A stretch of DNA of 64,000 bases from Promethearchaeia archaeon (GTDB lineage: Archaea > Asgardarchaeota > Lokiarchaeia > Sigyniarchaeales > SOKP01). Below the pieces are notes generated by a model. That model saw only the letters and a program-made list of their open reading frames with translations, searched no databases and was not told the origin of the DNA. Positions within the stretch are counted from its first letter, which is position 1; each line of letters begins with the position of its first letter. The DNA is taken from positions 117,506 to 181,505 of the forward strand of contig JAHQWK010000011.1 of NCBI GenBank assembly GCA_029856145.1, given 5' to 3'. Made by a program: the position numbers and the translations under genes. Below are positions 1 to 9,526 of this stretch, in pieces.

Positions 1-141
1 TTTCCCTTTTTTTCTGTTAATAATTTTGAATAAAAGATATTTATAATTATAGCAACGAAATGTATATAAAAATTTATTTGAATTACGCATAATATATAGG
101 AAATAAAGATTAAGTGTTTTAATAAACTAATTCAAAGAATT

Positions 142-1173
142 ATGAGTGAATCAGATAAGAATTTCATTATATGTTTTATATCTACTATACCTAAACATGT
201 AAGAGAATATCTAGTTGAAAATTTGAAAAAAATAAATAATGTAAGGATTATATTTCGAAAAGATTCTTCAGAAGAAGAATTATTAAAACTTGTTCCATCA
301 GCAGATATGTTGATTGGTTGGCGTCCTTCCAATAAGATTCTAAAAAATGCCACTAAGCTTAAATTATTTATCAATCCAGGAGCGGGAGTTCATCATCTTT
401 TGCAACTCTTTCATGAAATAAATAAAGAAAGGAAAGTTATTCTTATTAATGGTCATGGAAACTCTTATTTTGTAGCTCAACACACAGTTGCACTTTTATT
501 GGCTCTAATGAATAAAATTATTCCTCATCATGAATGGATGCGACAAGGAAGATGGAGGACTGGAGATGAGGATGCCGCATCAATTCCGTTAAGATTTAAA
601 AAGGTGGGATTACTTGGATATGGAGCAATAAATCAACAAGTTCACTGTTTCTTAAGTGGTTTCGATGTTGAATTTTGTATTTTAAGAAAGCACTGGGAAA
701 AACAAAAGGATCATCTACTTACAAAGATAAAAAGTTACAAAATCTCACAGCTTAATGAATTTCTTAAAGATATTGATATCCTCATAATTGCTGTACCTGT
801 AACTTCATTAACAAAGAAAATGATTGGGAAAACTGAATTAGAACTTTTGGGGCCAAAGGGGTTAATAATAAATGTTAGTAGAGGGGAAATTATTGATGAA
901 GAAAGTTTATTCAATGCTTTACAAGAAAATCATATACAAGGTGCTGCGATTGACGTATGGTATAACTATACTCCAGAAAGCAATAAAGAAGGAAAAAAAT
1001 TTCCTTATCATTTTCCCTTCCATACCCTTGATAATATTATATTATCACCACATAGAGGTTATTCCCCTTTTAATGATTTATTAAGATGGAATGAAGTGAT
1101 TGAGAATATTTCTCGAATGGCTCAGGGGCGTCAAGATTTTATTAATACAGTAAATCTGGAAGAGGAATATTAA
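142..1173 (+). CDS. D-isomer-specific 2-hydroxyacid dehydrogenase
   Basis: Rossmann GLLGYGAI, INVSRGEIIDEESL, AAIDVW and LSPHRG motifs. Confidence 0.9.
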   Translation: MSESDKNFIICFISTIPKHVREYLVENLKKINNVRIIFRKDSSEEELLKLVPSADMLIGWRPSNKILKNATKLKLFINPGAGVHHLLQLFHEINKERKVILINGHGNSYFVAQHTVALLLALMNKIIPHHEWMRQGRWRTGDEDAASIPLRFKKVGLLGYGAINQQVHCFLSGFDVEFCILRKHWEKQKDHLLTKIKSYKISQLNEFLKDIDILIIAVPVTSLTKKMIGKTELELLGPKGLIINVSRGEIIDEESLFNALQENHIQGAAIDVWYNYTPESNKEGKKFPYHFPFHTLDNIILSPHRGYSPFNDLLRWNEVIENISRMAQGRQDFINTVNLEEEY

Positions 1174-1652
1174 AAAAAAATATTTTCATTTTAAAATTCT
1201 CAAAACTTAACAAATTTTGTTATGAAATATATTTTCTCAAACATTTGGTTATTTAAATTGAAAAATTGTTTATGATTATTTAGATAAGTAAACAATTTTG
1301 CTAGTTATAAGATTTTTTTATGGATACTTTCAACTTTAAAAGAAACTCAATATAAAATTGTTCATACATCTTTATATAATAATAAAAACTTCGAAAATAT
1401 CCTTAAATTTGAGGAGTATAGAAACATTTTAAAAATTAATACATTAATATACTATTTGGAATATTTAATACATGACAAAATAGTATCTCTCTAAATATAT
1501 TAATCCGATAAAAATAAACATTTATATATTAATGTGTAATAAAATAAATTATAAAAAAAGTTGTGGTTTAAGGCGATAGTTTTAAAAAAAGGTTTAGTCA
1601 ATTTGCCGATTTTTGAATTTGGCATATTTATGAAAAAATATAGTGGGTTAAA

Positions 1653-1943
1653 ATGAAAATTGTAACTGTTAACATTCCTGAATCCTATATCGATAGTATA
1701 GAAAAATTAGTGGGGGGAAATGGGCTATATCCATCTAGATCCGAGTTAATTAGAGTAGCTGTTCGAGATTTTCTTATCAGAGAACTAAAAATGGCCAACA
1801 ATTTGGCTAAATATAAAGAGGCTGAAATTGAAGAATTCGATGATGAAAATTATGTAAGAGTACCAATCAAGCGATTAAATGAAAAAGATGAACCAGTTCG
1901 TGAATTTAAAACGTATAAGATTATCAAACGATTAGAATATTAA
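1653..1943 (+). CDS. Ribbon-helix-helix (CopG/Arc/MetJ-type) DNA-binding protein
   Basis: MKIVTVNIPE beta-strand followed by YPSRSELIRVAVRDFL. Confidence 0.85.
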   Translation: MKIVTVNIPESYIDSIEKLVGGNGLYPSRSELIRVAVRDFLIRELKMANNLAKYKEAEIEEFDDENYVRVPIKRLNEKDEPVREFKTYKIIKRLEY

Positions 1944-2167
1944 ATTTTTTTATAATATACTCTTTATAAATTAGGTATAAGTTGGTTAGAAAAAGTTTTT
2001 TCCTTTTTTTTATTTTTTTTTGAGTATCTAAACACTCTCTAAATTCCTCAATTAAGTAAAAAATAAATACAATTAAAATAATCTTAATAAATCTAATGTA
2101 AAAAAGATTCGAGGTAGTTTTTATTTCTAATAAATTAGAAAGCCAAGATCATTATGCGCCTAAATTC

Positions 2168-3400
2168 ATGGAATGGGGTATAATTAATAAAGAAAATTTT
2201 GAGAATAAAACTACTTACGATGTTCCAATTAAGAGATGGGACCCTCTATCAACAGTAAGCATACGAACTGAGGATTTTGGTTTAAGAAAAGGGAAACCAA
2301 GATATTATGGGCATTATTCTTATATTTCTCCAATTAGGGGAAAACGACCTAAAGGATTTAAGACAATAGAAGAAGAAAAGCATCTCTATGATTGTTCAAA
2401 AAAAATTGTTGGTAAATATAATGATGTATTTTCCTCAGTAATTGAAGGAAAAATAGTATATGATGATTGGGGTATGCCATTAGGAAATGGATTTACAATT
2501 ATTATTTCCGAAGATGAAAAAAGACGGGATAATCCCTTCTCAGAAGCACCACATCGAATAGATAAAATTTCAGATAAATCTAAAGCACTAACGTTAATAA
2601 ATAGATATCCTTCGATGGCAAGAGTAGTAGATCCGGATATAGATAAGCATATTCAGCAAAATCTTCCTTCTCATTTGAAATTATCAAAAGGAATAAATTT
2701 AGTTAGCATTTCAAGAAGTTTCTATCCTTCTTTATGCTTTAATTTAATACCACATGGAGTTTTAGCAGGTATTTTTCTGTCAATGAGAGCAGCAATTCTA
2801 TATTGTATTGAAGAAGCTATTAATAGGGATTATTATGATATTCCTGTTATGCCATTTTTTAATATTGGAACTAAAGTTGGAGGATCCCAACCTAGAATAC
2901 ATAGTCAAGTTTATATCGATTTAAATATGGATGGTCATGGAAGTAGATTAGAAGGATATCTTGAAGCATTTAAAGAAATGGGGAGTAAATGTCATCTATG
3001 TCAAACCACTCATGGGGGAACAGATAGGATTATATTAGAAACTGAATTCTGGACTTTTTACAATACTGGAAGTCCTGTAAGAAATTATCATATAAGATTT
3101 CATCCAAATGAACATTTAAGAAGATTTGCCCAATTAAAAGTTAACCAGATTGAAGATTTAGCAAAGTCTCTAAAAATTATTTTTCAAGCATTAGACGATA
3201 TTGAAATTGATAGAAACCGTAATATTTTATTTAATTGTTGTCCATATGGTTATGATGCTGATTTTCATATGTTTGCGGATATTATTCCACATGAAGTAAT
3301 TGGTGGAGCTGAGATGGCTGATGATATGCGAGTTGCAAGAAAATTACCTCACGTTGCAGCAGAAGAAATTAGAAATTCGCTGAAGAAATATCTTGATTGA
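2168..3400 (+). CDS. GalT-like / HIT-superfamily nucleotidyltransferase
   Basis: NRYPS, FNIGTKVGGSQPRIHSQ (variant of GASxxHPHxQ), CHLC and a second HIT-like half ending FHMFADIIP. Confidence 0.7.
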   Translation: MEWGIINKENFENKTTYDVPIKRWDPLSTVSIRTEDFGLRKGKPRYYGHYSYISPIRGKRPKGFKTIEEEKHLYDCSKKIVGKYNDVFSSVIEGKIVYDDWGMPLGNGFTIIISEDEKRRDNPFSEAPHRIDKISDKSKALTLINRYPSMARVVDPDIDKHIQQNLPSHLKLSKGINLVSISRSFYPSLCFNLIPHGVLAGIFLSMRAAILYCIEEAINRDYYDIPVMPFFNIGTKVGGSQPRIHSQVYIDLNMDGHGSRLEGYLEAFKEMGSKCHLCQTTHGGTDRIILETEFWTFYNTGSPVRNYHIRFHPNEHLRRFAQLKVNQIEDLAKSLKIIFQALDDIEIDRNRNILFNCCPYGYDADFHMFADIIPHEVIGGAEMADDMRVARKLPHVAAEEIRNSLKKYLD

Positions 3401-3502
3401 GCATTTTACTTTCTAATGCCATAACCTTTATAATTCAAATTGAATTAGATTTATATCTATTAAATATGTTACATATTTGAAAATTTCCATGAGGTACCAA
3501 TA

Positions 3503-4651
3503 TTGAGAGAATGGTCTGCTATAATCTTGGCAGGTGGTAAAGGCAAACGGTTAATGCCTTTAACTTCACAAGTTCCAAAACCTCTAGTTAAGGTTACAAA
3601 TGTTCCTATGGTCGATTATGCGATTGCACATTTATTGTATGCTAATATAAAACATATTATTATAGCATTAGCATATATGGGTAAAGAAATGAAAGAATAC
3701 ATCAAAAAAACATGGACAAAAGACAAATTGGGAGACGTGGAATTAGAATGTGAGATTCAAGAGAGTAGAGGTACCGCAGATGCGTATAGGCTTTTAACCG
3801 ATCAAATAGACTCTGAAAAAATTGTAGTTTCAATGGCAGATATTGTAACAAACCTTCCAATGAAACGTTTCATGGAATTTCACTCTGAAAAAGGGGGATT
3901 AGCTACTATTTCAATGAAAACTATTGCCAGTCATATATCTCAATATGGTGTAGTACTATTAGATGATAATAGGAAGATTTACCTTTTTTTAGAAAAACCT
4001 GCACCGATGGAATTATATTTAAGCAGTATGTCTCAACGAGAAGATCTTTTTTTACATACAAATGTTGCCAACACAGGTATATACTGTTTTAAAAAAGAAA
4101 TTGGAGATATCCTTCATGAAACAGGTTTAATGGATTTTGGTGGCGAAGTCTTTCCCTATTTGCTTGAAAACAAATATGATTTATTTGGGTTTGTTGAGGA
4201 TTATTATTGGATGGATGCAGGAAATTCTACTACCTATTTATGGGCGAATTGGGATCTTTTACGTAAATATGCATGGCCAATTTTACCCAAAGGAGTTGAT
4301 TATGATGGAATTTATATAGAGGGTGTAATAAATTCTGGACAAAATATCGTAATCGAGAAACCAACTTGTTTTGGGGAATTTGTTCAATTAGAGAATCGTG
4401 TAAAGATCAAAGAATTAACATCTATTGGAAATAATGTAACAATCGGAGAAGATACTATAATAGAGAAGAGTGCAATATGGGATGAAATTAAAATTGGTGC
4501 TGGATGTATTATAACAGAAAGTATAATTTGTAATAATTGTGAAATCGGAGATAATGTAGTTTTAGAGAGAGCGATTATTGCACCAAATTGTAAGATCAGT
4601 AGTAACTCTCAAATCAGAGATAAAACAATAGAGCTTGGAAGAGAAATATAA
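3503..4651 (+). CDS. NDP-sugar pyrophosphorylase (mannose/glucose-1-P nucleotidyltransferase family) with left-handed beta-helix
   Basis: AIILAGGKGKRLMPLT..PKPL, GTAD, FLEKP, YWMDAG, C-terminal hexapeptide repeats; TTG start preceded by GAGGT. Confidence 0.9.
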   Translation: MREWSAIILAGGKGKRLMPLTSQVPKPLVKVTNVPMVDYAIAHLLYANIKHIIIALAYMGKEMKEYIKKTWTKDKLGDVELECEIQESRGTADAYRLLTDQIDSEKIVVSMADIVTNLPMKRFMEFHSEKGGLATISMKTIASHISQYGVVLLDDNRKIYLFLEKPAPMELYLSSMSQREDLFLHTNVANTGIYCFKKEIGDILHETGLMDFGGEVFPYLLENKYDLFGFVEDYYWMDAGNSTTYLWANWDLLRKYAWPILPKGVDYDGIYIEGVINSGQNIVIEKPTCFGEFVQLENRVKIKELTSIGNNVTIGEDTIIEKSAIWDEIKIGAGCIITESIICNNCEIGDNVVLERAIIAPNCKISSNSQIRDKTIELGREI

Positions 4652-4691
4652 ATTTTATTGATATTATTAATAAAATGAAAGATAATCCATA

Positions 4692-6407
4692 TTACTTTTT
4701 AGCAAAAGGTTCAAGGTCTAATGCTTCAAATATATCATCTAAAGCTTCAATTGTTCCTAAAAAGTGCCATTCCCCTTCATCAACGTTTTGTCCGGTTGCA
4801 TACTTACTTGCCATATTATATAACCTGATGAAATTTTCATAATGTAAGGCTATTCTATTTTCTGCATAATCTCTAGCACTCCAAGTTGTTATTAGAAATT
4901 GCCAATCACTACTTTGTAAGAGTAAGAGTTCTCGTACCATCTGTTTAAGAATTTTGAGTAAATTTGGATCGCTTGAATTTTTATATTTTGCGATGATCTC
5001 TTCGCTCTTTGCTTCACATTCATATATTCTCTCCCATGTCCAAGTCGTCCACTCATTTAACCACACCCAATGAGAACTGGCTTGCCCCCATGATCCCTCA
5101 ATCACAGAAACAACCTTATTAGGTGGGTTCTTTTCTAAATGTATTCTTGTGTTCGTCAATTCTACTTCAGGATCATCCTCTACCCACCGAAGAACTCTGG
5201 CTAACCACCAGTTTCCCTCAAACCACCAATGGCCAAACAGCTCTGCATCATATGGCGACACGACAATACCATTTCTTCCATTTTTATCTTTGTAATCTCG
5301 TAAAATATCTTTAATAAGATTTAGATAATGACCCGCATTTTCATCTAGTTTCCCAGGTATGTCCTCTGGCCAATAAAGCATTTTTTTCCCTAAATCTAAT
5401 TTCGCTTCTGTAACTTTCCAATATCGGAGACCTCCCGGATAGTGTTTCTTATGGAAATCAAGATACTCGGCACAGCCGGGATACCCATGCTCTCCGCTCC
5501 ATACCACAATCCCTGTTTTTTCATCCCTAGTAAAAAAACCAACAGGTGCGGGGGTAGATGGATCAGTAGAAACTAAATATGGCTCATATTGAGATTTTTC
5601 AAAAGATGTTGGAATTTCTTCATATTGAGAAGAAAATTGTTTCCAGAGTTCCGCAAGTAAAGGAAATCGAGCTGCATAAACACCCTGAGATTTTCCTCCT
5701 AAAAGTAAGGCTGTATCAATAAAGAAATATTTCAAACCATTTTTAGCAAGAAAATATTCTACACCAGGTCTTTCATACTCCTCATCTGTAATTGGATTTT
5801 TCCATCGATATGCAGGACGATATCCACATTCGGGTAACCATGCACCAGTAGGAGCTCTCCCAAAATGAAGTTTATAATTATCAACTGCAGTTTTAAATTG
5901 GGCATCAATAGATGAATCTTTAGAAAGCAATGGAGCATATCCATGAGTTGCCCCACAAGTGATGATATCAACAAGCCCCATATCTTGTAGATTTTTATAT
6001 GCTCCCACGATGTCTTTATTGTATCTATTTAAGAAATTGTCTCTAACTCGGTCATAGAACTCCTGCCACCACTTTGTTAATTTGATTCGTCCATCTTTAT
6101 ATTTATTTTCTGTAAAATCCTCAAAATCATATAAAGCAGCATTGTATTTTTCTTCCAAATATCCTAAAAAGCCATCAACAAATTTAGGATTACGAAGCAT
6201 TTCACATAATACTGGTGTAAGACCAATGGTAAGTTTTGGATGATATCCATCATCAATGAGTTTATATAATTCTATTAAAAGGGGGATATATGTTTCTGCA
6301 GCCGCTTCATTAACCCAATCCATCCCATGCGGCCACACGCCATGGCCCAATACCCACGGGAGGTGACTATGCAAAACTAAACAGAATGAACCCAATATTT
6401 CAGTCAT
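4692..6407 (-). CDS. GH57 1,4-alpha-glucan branching enzyme (DUF1957-containing)
   Basis: HSHLPW, ETYIPLL, WLPECGY (nucleophile), PYDAELFGHWWFEG (acid/base), QSSDWQF. Confidence 0.9.
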   Translation of the reverse strand: MTEILGSFCLVLHSHLPWVLGHGVWPHGMDWVNEAAAETYIPLLIELYKLIDDGYHPKLTIGLTPVLCEMLRNPKFVDGFLGYLEEKYNAALYDFEDFTENKYKDGRIKLTKWWQEFYDRVRDNFLNRYNKDIVGAYKNLQDMGLVDIITCGATHGYAPLLSKDSSIDAQFKTAVDNYKLHFGRAPTGAWLPECGYRPAYRWKNPITDEEYERPGVEYFLAKNGLKYFFIDTALLLGGKSQGVYAARFPLLAELWKQFSSQYEEIPTSFEKSQYEPYLVSTDPSTPAPVGFFTRDEKTGIVVWSGEHGYPGCAEYLDFHKKHYPGGLRYWKVTEAKLDLGKKMLYWPEDIPGKLDENAGHYLNLIKDILRDYKDKNGRNGIVVSPYDAELFGHWWFEGNWWLARVLRWVEDDPEVELTNTRIHLEKNPPNKVVSVIEGSWGQASSHWVWLNEWTTWTWERIYECEAKSEEIIAKYKNSSDPNLLKILKQMVRELLLLQSSDWQFLITTWSARDYAENRIALHYENFIRLYNMASKYATGQNVDEGEWHFLGTIEALDDIFEALDLEPFAKK

Positions 6408-6598
6408 AATTCTATATTATCTCTAATGAAAGTTAAATTAATCGAAATTTGCTATTGTTATATAATTTTTCAATTCTTAAATATTAAAGAGAATCTTAAA
6501 TATTCAAAAATCGTTAAAGTTATATATTCTTATTTAGCTTTTTATCATATATAATATCCAATTGAAACGTTATCGATATTTTAAAGAAGTAGTTCTTA

Positions 6599-7987
6599 AT
6601 GATTCATAATCCAATAGAAGACCTTAACGAGTTAAAAAAAAACGGTAGGATTATAGGTAAAGCAAACTATGTGTTTACACCGGAGATTTCAAGCTTAATA
6701 GGATCAATTCATGGTAGTTTATTCAAACAAGGAGAATCAGTTGTTATGGGGAGAGACTATCATAATGACAGTCGGATGTTGAAAAGAGCATACACCTCAG
6801 GTATGATGTCTACTGGAATAAATCTTTTAAACCTTTCAGATTGCACGCTTCCCTTATTGCAATTTACAATAAGGCGATTTGGAGCGAGTGGTGGTTTTTA
6901 TTTCTCAGGAGGGCATTTATTTAGTGAAGATGTAGGAATTCGTTTCTTAGATGCAGGAGGAATTGAATTAGCACAATCAGAACTTCAAAGAATAATTGAA
7001 TCTTACAACAACTATCCTCAACAAGTAAGAAGAGTTGATCCTAATGAAATAGGACAAATAACAGCAATACCTCAAACTGCTGATATTTATATTAAATCCC
7101 TTCAACAATTTGTTAATAAAAAAAAGATAAAAGAGGCGAAATTAAAGATTGTAGTAGATTGTTCTTATGGTCCAACGGGAAAAATAACTCCCCTTTTAAT
7201 TAATGATATTGGTGTTGAAGTAATTGCCTTAAATACTCATTACCGCGAAAGATCTTCAAGTCCCGTACCTAGCATTAATACTATACGAAATACAGCAGAC
7301 ATCGTGAAAGCATCAAATAGCCATCTTGGTGTTTGTTTTGATGTAGATGGCTCAAGAATATTAATAATAGATGAAAATGGGTTGGAAATAACCTATGAAG
7401 ATTTATTAATGCTTTTTATTACCTTTGATAAAAGAATTCAAAAATCTAAAGGGAGCACAATTATTACCACCCCATCAATTTCTCCTGTTGTAAGAGAATT
7501 TATTGAAGATAGTAATTTCCCCATAAAGCAGGTAGAAAATTATCCTGGGGAGATTTCAAGACAAATAAGAGAAGAAAGAGCATGTTTTGCTGCTGCAGAT
7601 ACATTGAAGTTTTATTTCAGTGAGTATGCTCCCTTTTCTGATGGTAACTTCATTCTACTCAAGGTTCTTGAAATCATGACTGCTCAAAATGATCTCATTA
7701 GCTCGTTATCCAGAGGATTTCCAAAAGGTATAAAGATTAATAAAACAATATCCGTTTCCTCAGATTTAATTAATAATATTCACAATCGCTTAAGAGAATT
7801 AGCAGAACAAAACGGATATAGATATCATGATATAATAAATGAACTGAAGATCATTGGAGATGATGCATACATCATTATAAAAGTTGCACTATATAGAAAT
7901 GCAATTCTTCTTTCTGCTGAATCAGAGGATAAAGACAAGGCACAAGAAATGATCCTTAATATGGAAAAGATAATTTCCAAACTTTAA
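6599..7987 (+). CDS. Phosphohexomutase-fold protein, probably catalytically degenerate
   Basis: GRD..SRMLKRA and VVDCSYG present; ASHNP phosphoserine loop replaced by SGGHL; metal loop reads FDVDGSR. Confidence 0.8.
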   Translation: MIHNPIEDLNELKKNGRIIGKANYVFTPEISSLIGSIHGSLFKQGESVVMGRDYHNDSRMLKRAYTSGMMSTGINLLNLSDCTLPLLQFTIRRFGASGGFYFSGGHLFSEDVGIRFLDAGGIELAQSELQRIIESYNNYPQQVRRVDPNEIGQITAIPQTADIYIKSLQQFVNKKKIKEAKLKIVVDCSYGPTGKITPLLINDIGVEVIALNTHYRERSSSPVPSINTIRNTADIVKASNSHLGVCFDVDGSRILIIDENGLEITYEDLLMLFITFDKRIQKSKGSTIITTPSISPVVREFIEDSNFPIKQVENYPGEISRQIREERACFAAADTLKFYFSEYAPFSDGNFILLKVLEIMTAQNDLISSLSRGFPKGIKINKTISVSSDLINNIHNRLRELAEQNGYRYHDIINELKIIGDDAYIIIKVALYRNAILLSAESEDKDKAQEMILNMEKIISKL

Positions 7988-8046
7988 AACTTTCACTCCT
8001 AGATGATATTACATAAGTTTATCATCAAAAGTATGATTCTAATCAA

Positions 8047-8100
8047 AATTATTTTAAAACCTTTCTAATTAATTTTATATTAAGAAATTTTAAAATAATT
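8047..8100. promoter_or_regulatory. 13-bp perfect inverted repeat flanking a 28-bp core (orientation A), upstream of dppB copy 1
   Basis: AATTATTTTAAAA (8047-8059) and TTTTAAAATAATT (8088-8100) flank CCTTTCTAATTAATTTTATATTAAGAAA. Confidence 0.75.
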
Positions 8101-8223
8101 AATCCAGTTATTTTGAATTCATGTTAATAACAGCGATAGATTAAAAAGGCAAAGATAATAATCCCTATAGCGTCGTAGAAGTAATTAAAAAAATTATTAA
8201 ACTTTGGAAAATAAATAAAAATA

Positions 8224-9249
8224 ATGAGCTTGCTAAGTTACATTTTCAAAAGAATACTGATAACAATACCAGTAATATTTGGAGTGTTAACTATAACCTT
8301 TATACTTTCTAGATCAATGCCGGGAGATCCAGTGATGATACTACTAACTCAGGCGCAAATAAGAATTACACCGGAGATTTATAATGCAATGGTACGTGAA
8401 TTAGGACTTAATCTCCCTATTCATTTACAATATTTTAGATATATAGCTGATATATTTACAGGAAATTGGGGTGAATCTGTTAGTGTTGCTCGCGGATCAG
8501 ACGTTTGGGAATTAATCATTTATAGATTACCTAAAACAATGGACCTTGCTTTTTTTTCAATGCTCATTGCCTCATTTATAGGAATTAAAATAGGAATTAT
8601 TTCAGCAACTCATAGGAATAAAACCAGAGACACCATTTTTAGAAGTTTGGGCATTATAGGAGTTGCTTTTCCCGTATTTGTATTAGGAATGCTTCTGCAA
8701 TATTTTTTATCATATCAACTGCACTTATTTCCAGCAACTTACTATAAAAGTATAGAATATAGAGATCCTCCTTTTATAACAGGTTTCTATATGATTGATG
8801 CACTTTTAACAGGGGAACTCTATAAAATACCAGATTATTTATATCATTTAGCTATGCCTGTATTTTGTTTATCGTTTGTTACTCTTGCGGGAATTATAAG
8901 ACAAACTCGTTCTAGCATGTTAGATGTTTTACAACAAGATTATATAAGAACCGCAAGAGCAAAAGGATGTAGTGAAAAAGGTGTTATTAAAGGTCATGCA
9001 TTAAAAAATGCAATGATTCCGACTGTTACTGTTATCGGATTAAGTTTTGCTACAACATTATCTGGAGCAGTTATTTTAGAATCTACTTTTGGTTTACGTG
9101 GAATAGGTTTATTATTAATTGATGCTACATTGGGGCTTGATTATTGGCTAATAAACGCATGTATGGTTGTCTTAGCATTTATTTTTATAATTACTACTTT
9201 GGTAATAGATATCTTATATGGATTTATAGATCCAAGAGTAAGATTTTAA
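8224..9249 (+). CDS. ABC peptide/nickel transporter permease, DppB/OppB family (copy 1)
   Basis: YIFKR..PGDP N-terminus, EAA loop QDYIRTARAKG..HALKNA, IDPRV terminus. Confidence 0.92.
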   Translation: MSLLSYIFKRILITIPVIFGVLTITFILSRSMPGDPVMILLTQAQIRITPEIYNAMVRELGLNLPIHLQYFRYIADIFTGNWGESVSVARGSDVWELIIYRLPKTMDLAFFSMLIASFIGIKIGIISATHRNKTRDTIFRSLGIIGVAFPVFVLGMLLQYFLSYQLHLFPATYYKSIEYRDPPFITGFYMIDALLTGELYKIPDYLYHLAMPVFCLSFVTLAGIIRQTRSSMLDVLQQDYIRTARAKGCSEKGVIKGHALKNAMIPTVTVIGLSFATTLSGAVILESTFGLRGIGLLLIDATLGLDYWLINACMVVLAFIFIITTLVIDILYGFIDPRVRF

Positions 9250-9351
9250 GTCTAATCTCCGAAGAAGGATAATTAATTTCAGCTCAAACTTAATTGATAT
9301 AGTTCTCGATGATAATATAAAAGATTATTACAATACCAGCATTCTAATCTA

Positions 9352-9405
9352 AATTATTTTTAAATTTCTTAATATAAAATTAATTAGAAAGGTTTAAATA
9401 TAATT
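9352..9405. promoter_or_regulatory. Same inverted-repeat cassette with the 28-bp core reversed (orientation B); forms a BRE/TATA-like AGAAAGG-TTTAAATA
   Basis: Core 9365-9392 TTTCTTAATATAAAATTAATTAGAAAGG is the exact reverse complement of 8060-8087; arms match at 12/13. Confidence 0.75.
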
Positions 9406-9526
9406 ATCCAGATATTTTGAATAAATGCTAATAGCAGCGATAGATTAAAAAGGCAAAGATAGTAATCCCTATAGCGTCGTAGAAGTTATTAAAAAATTAT
9501 TAAACTTTGAAAAATAAATAAAAATA

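Noticed and set aside
8145-8160. GGCAAA word reminiscent of c-di-GMP-I riboswitches
   Set aside because: The remaining consensus and the two-stem architecture are absent
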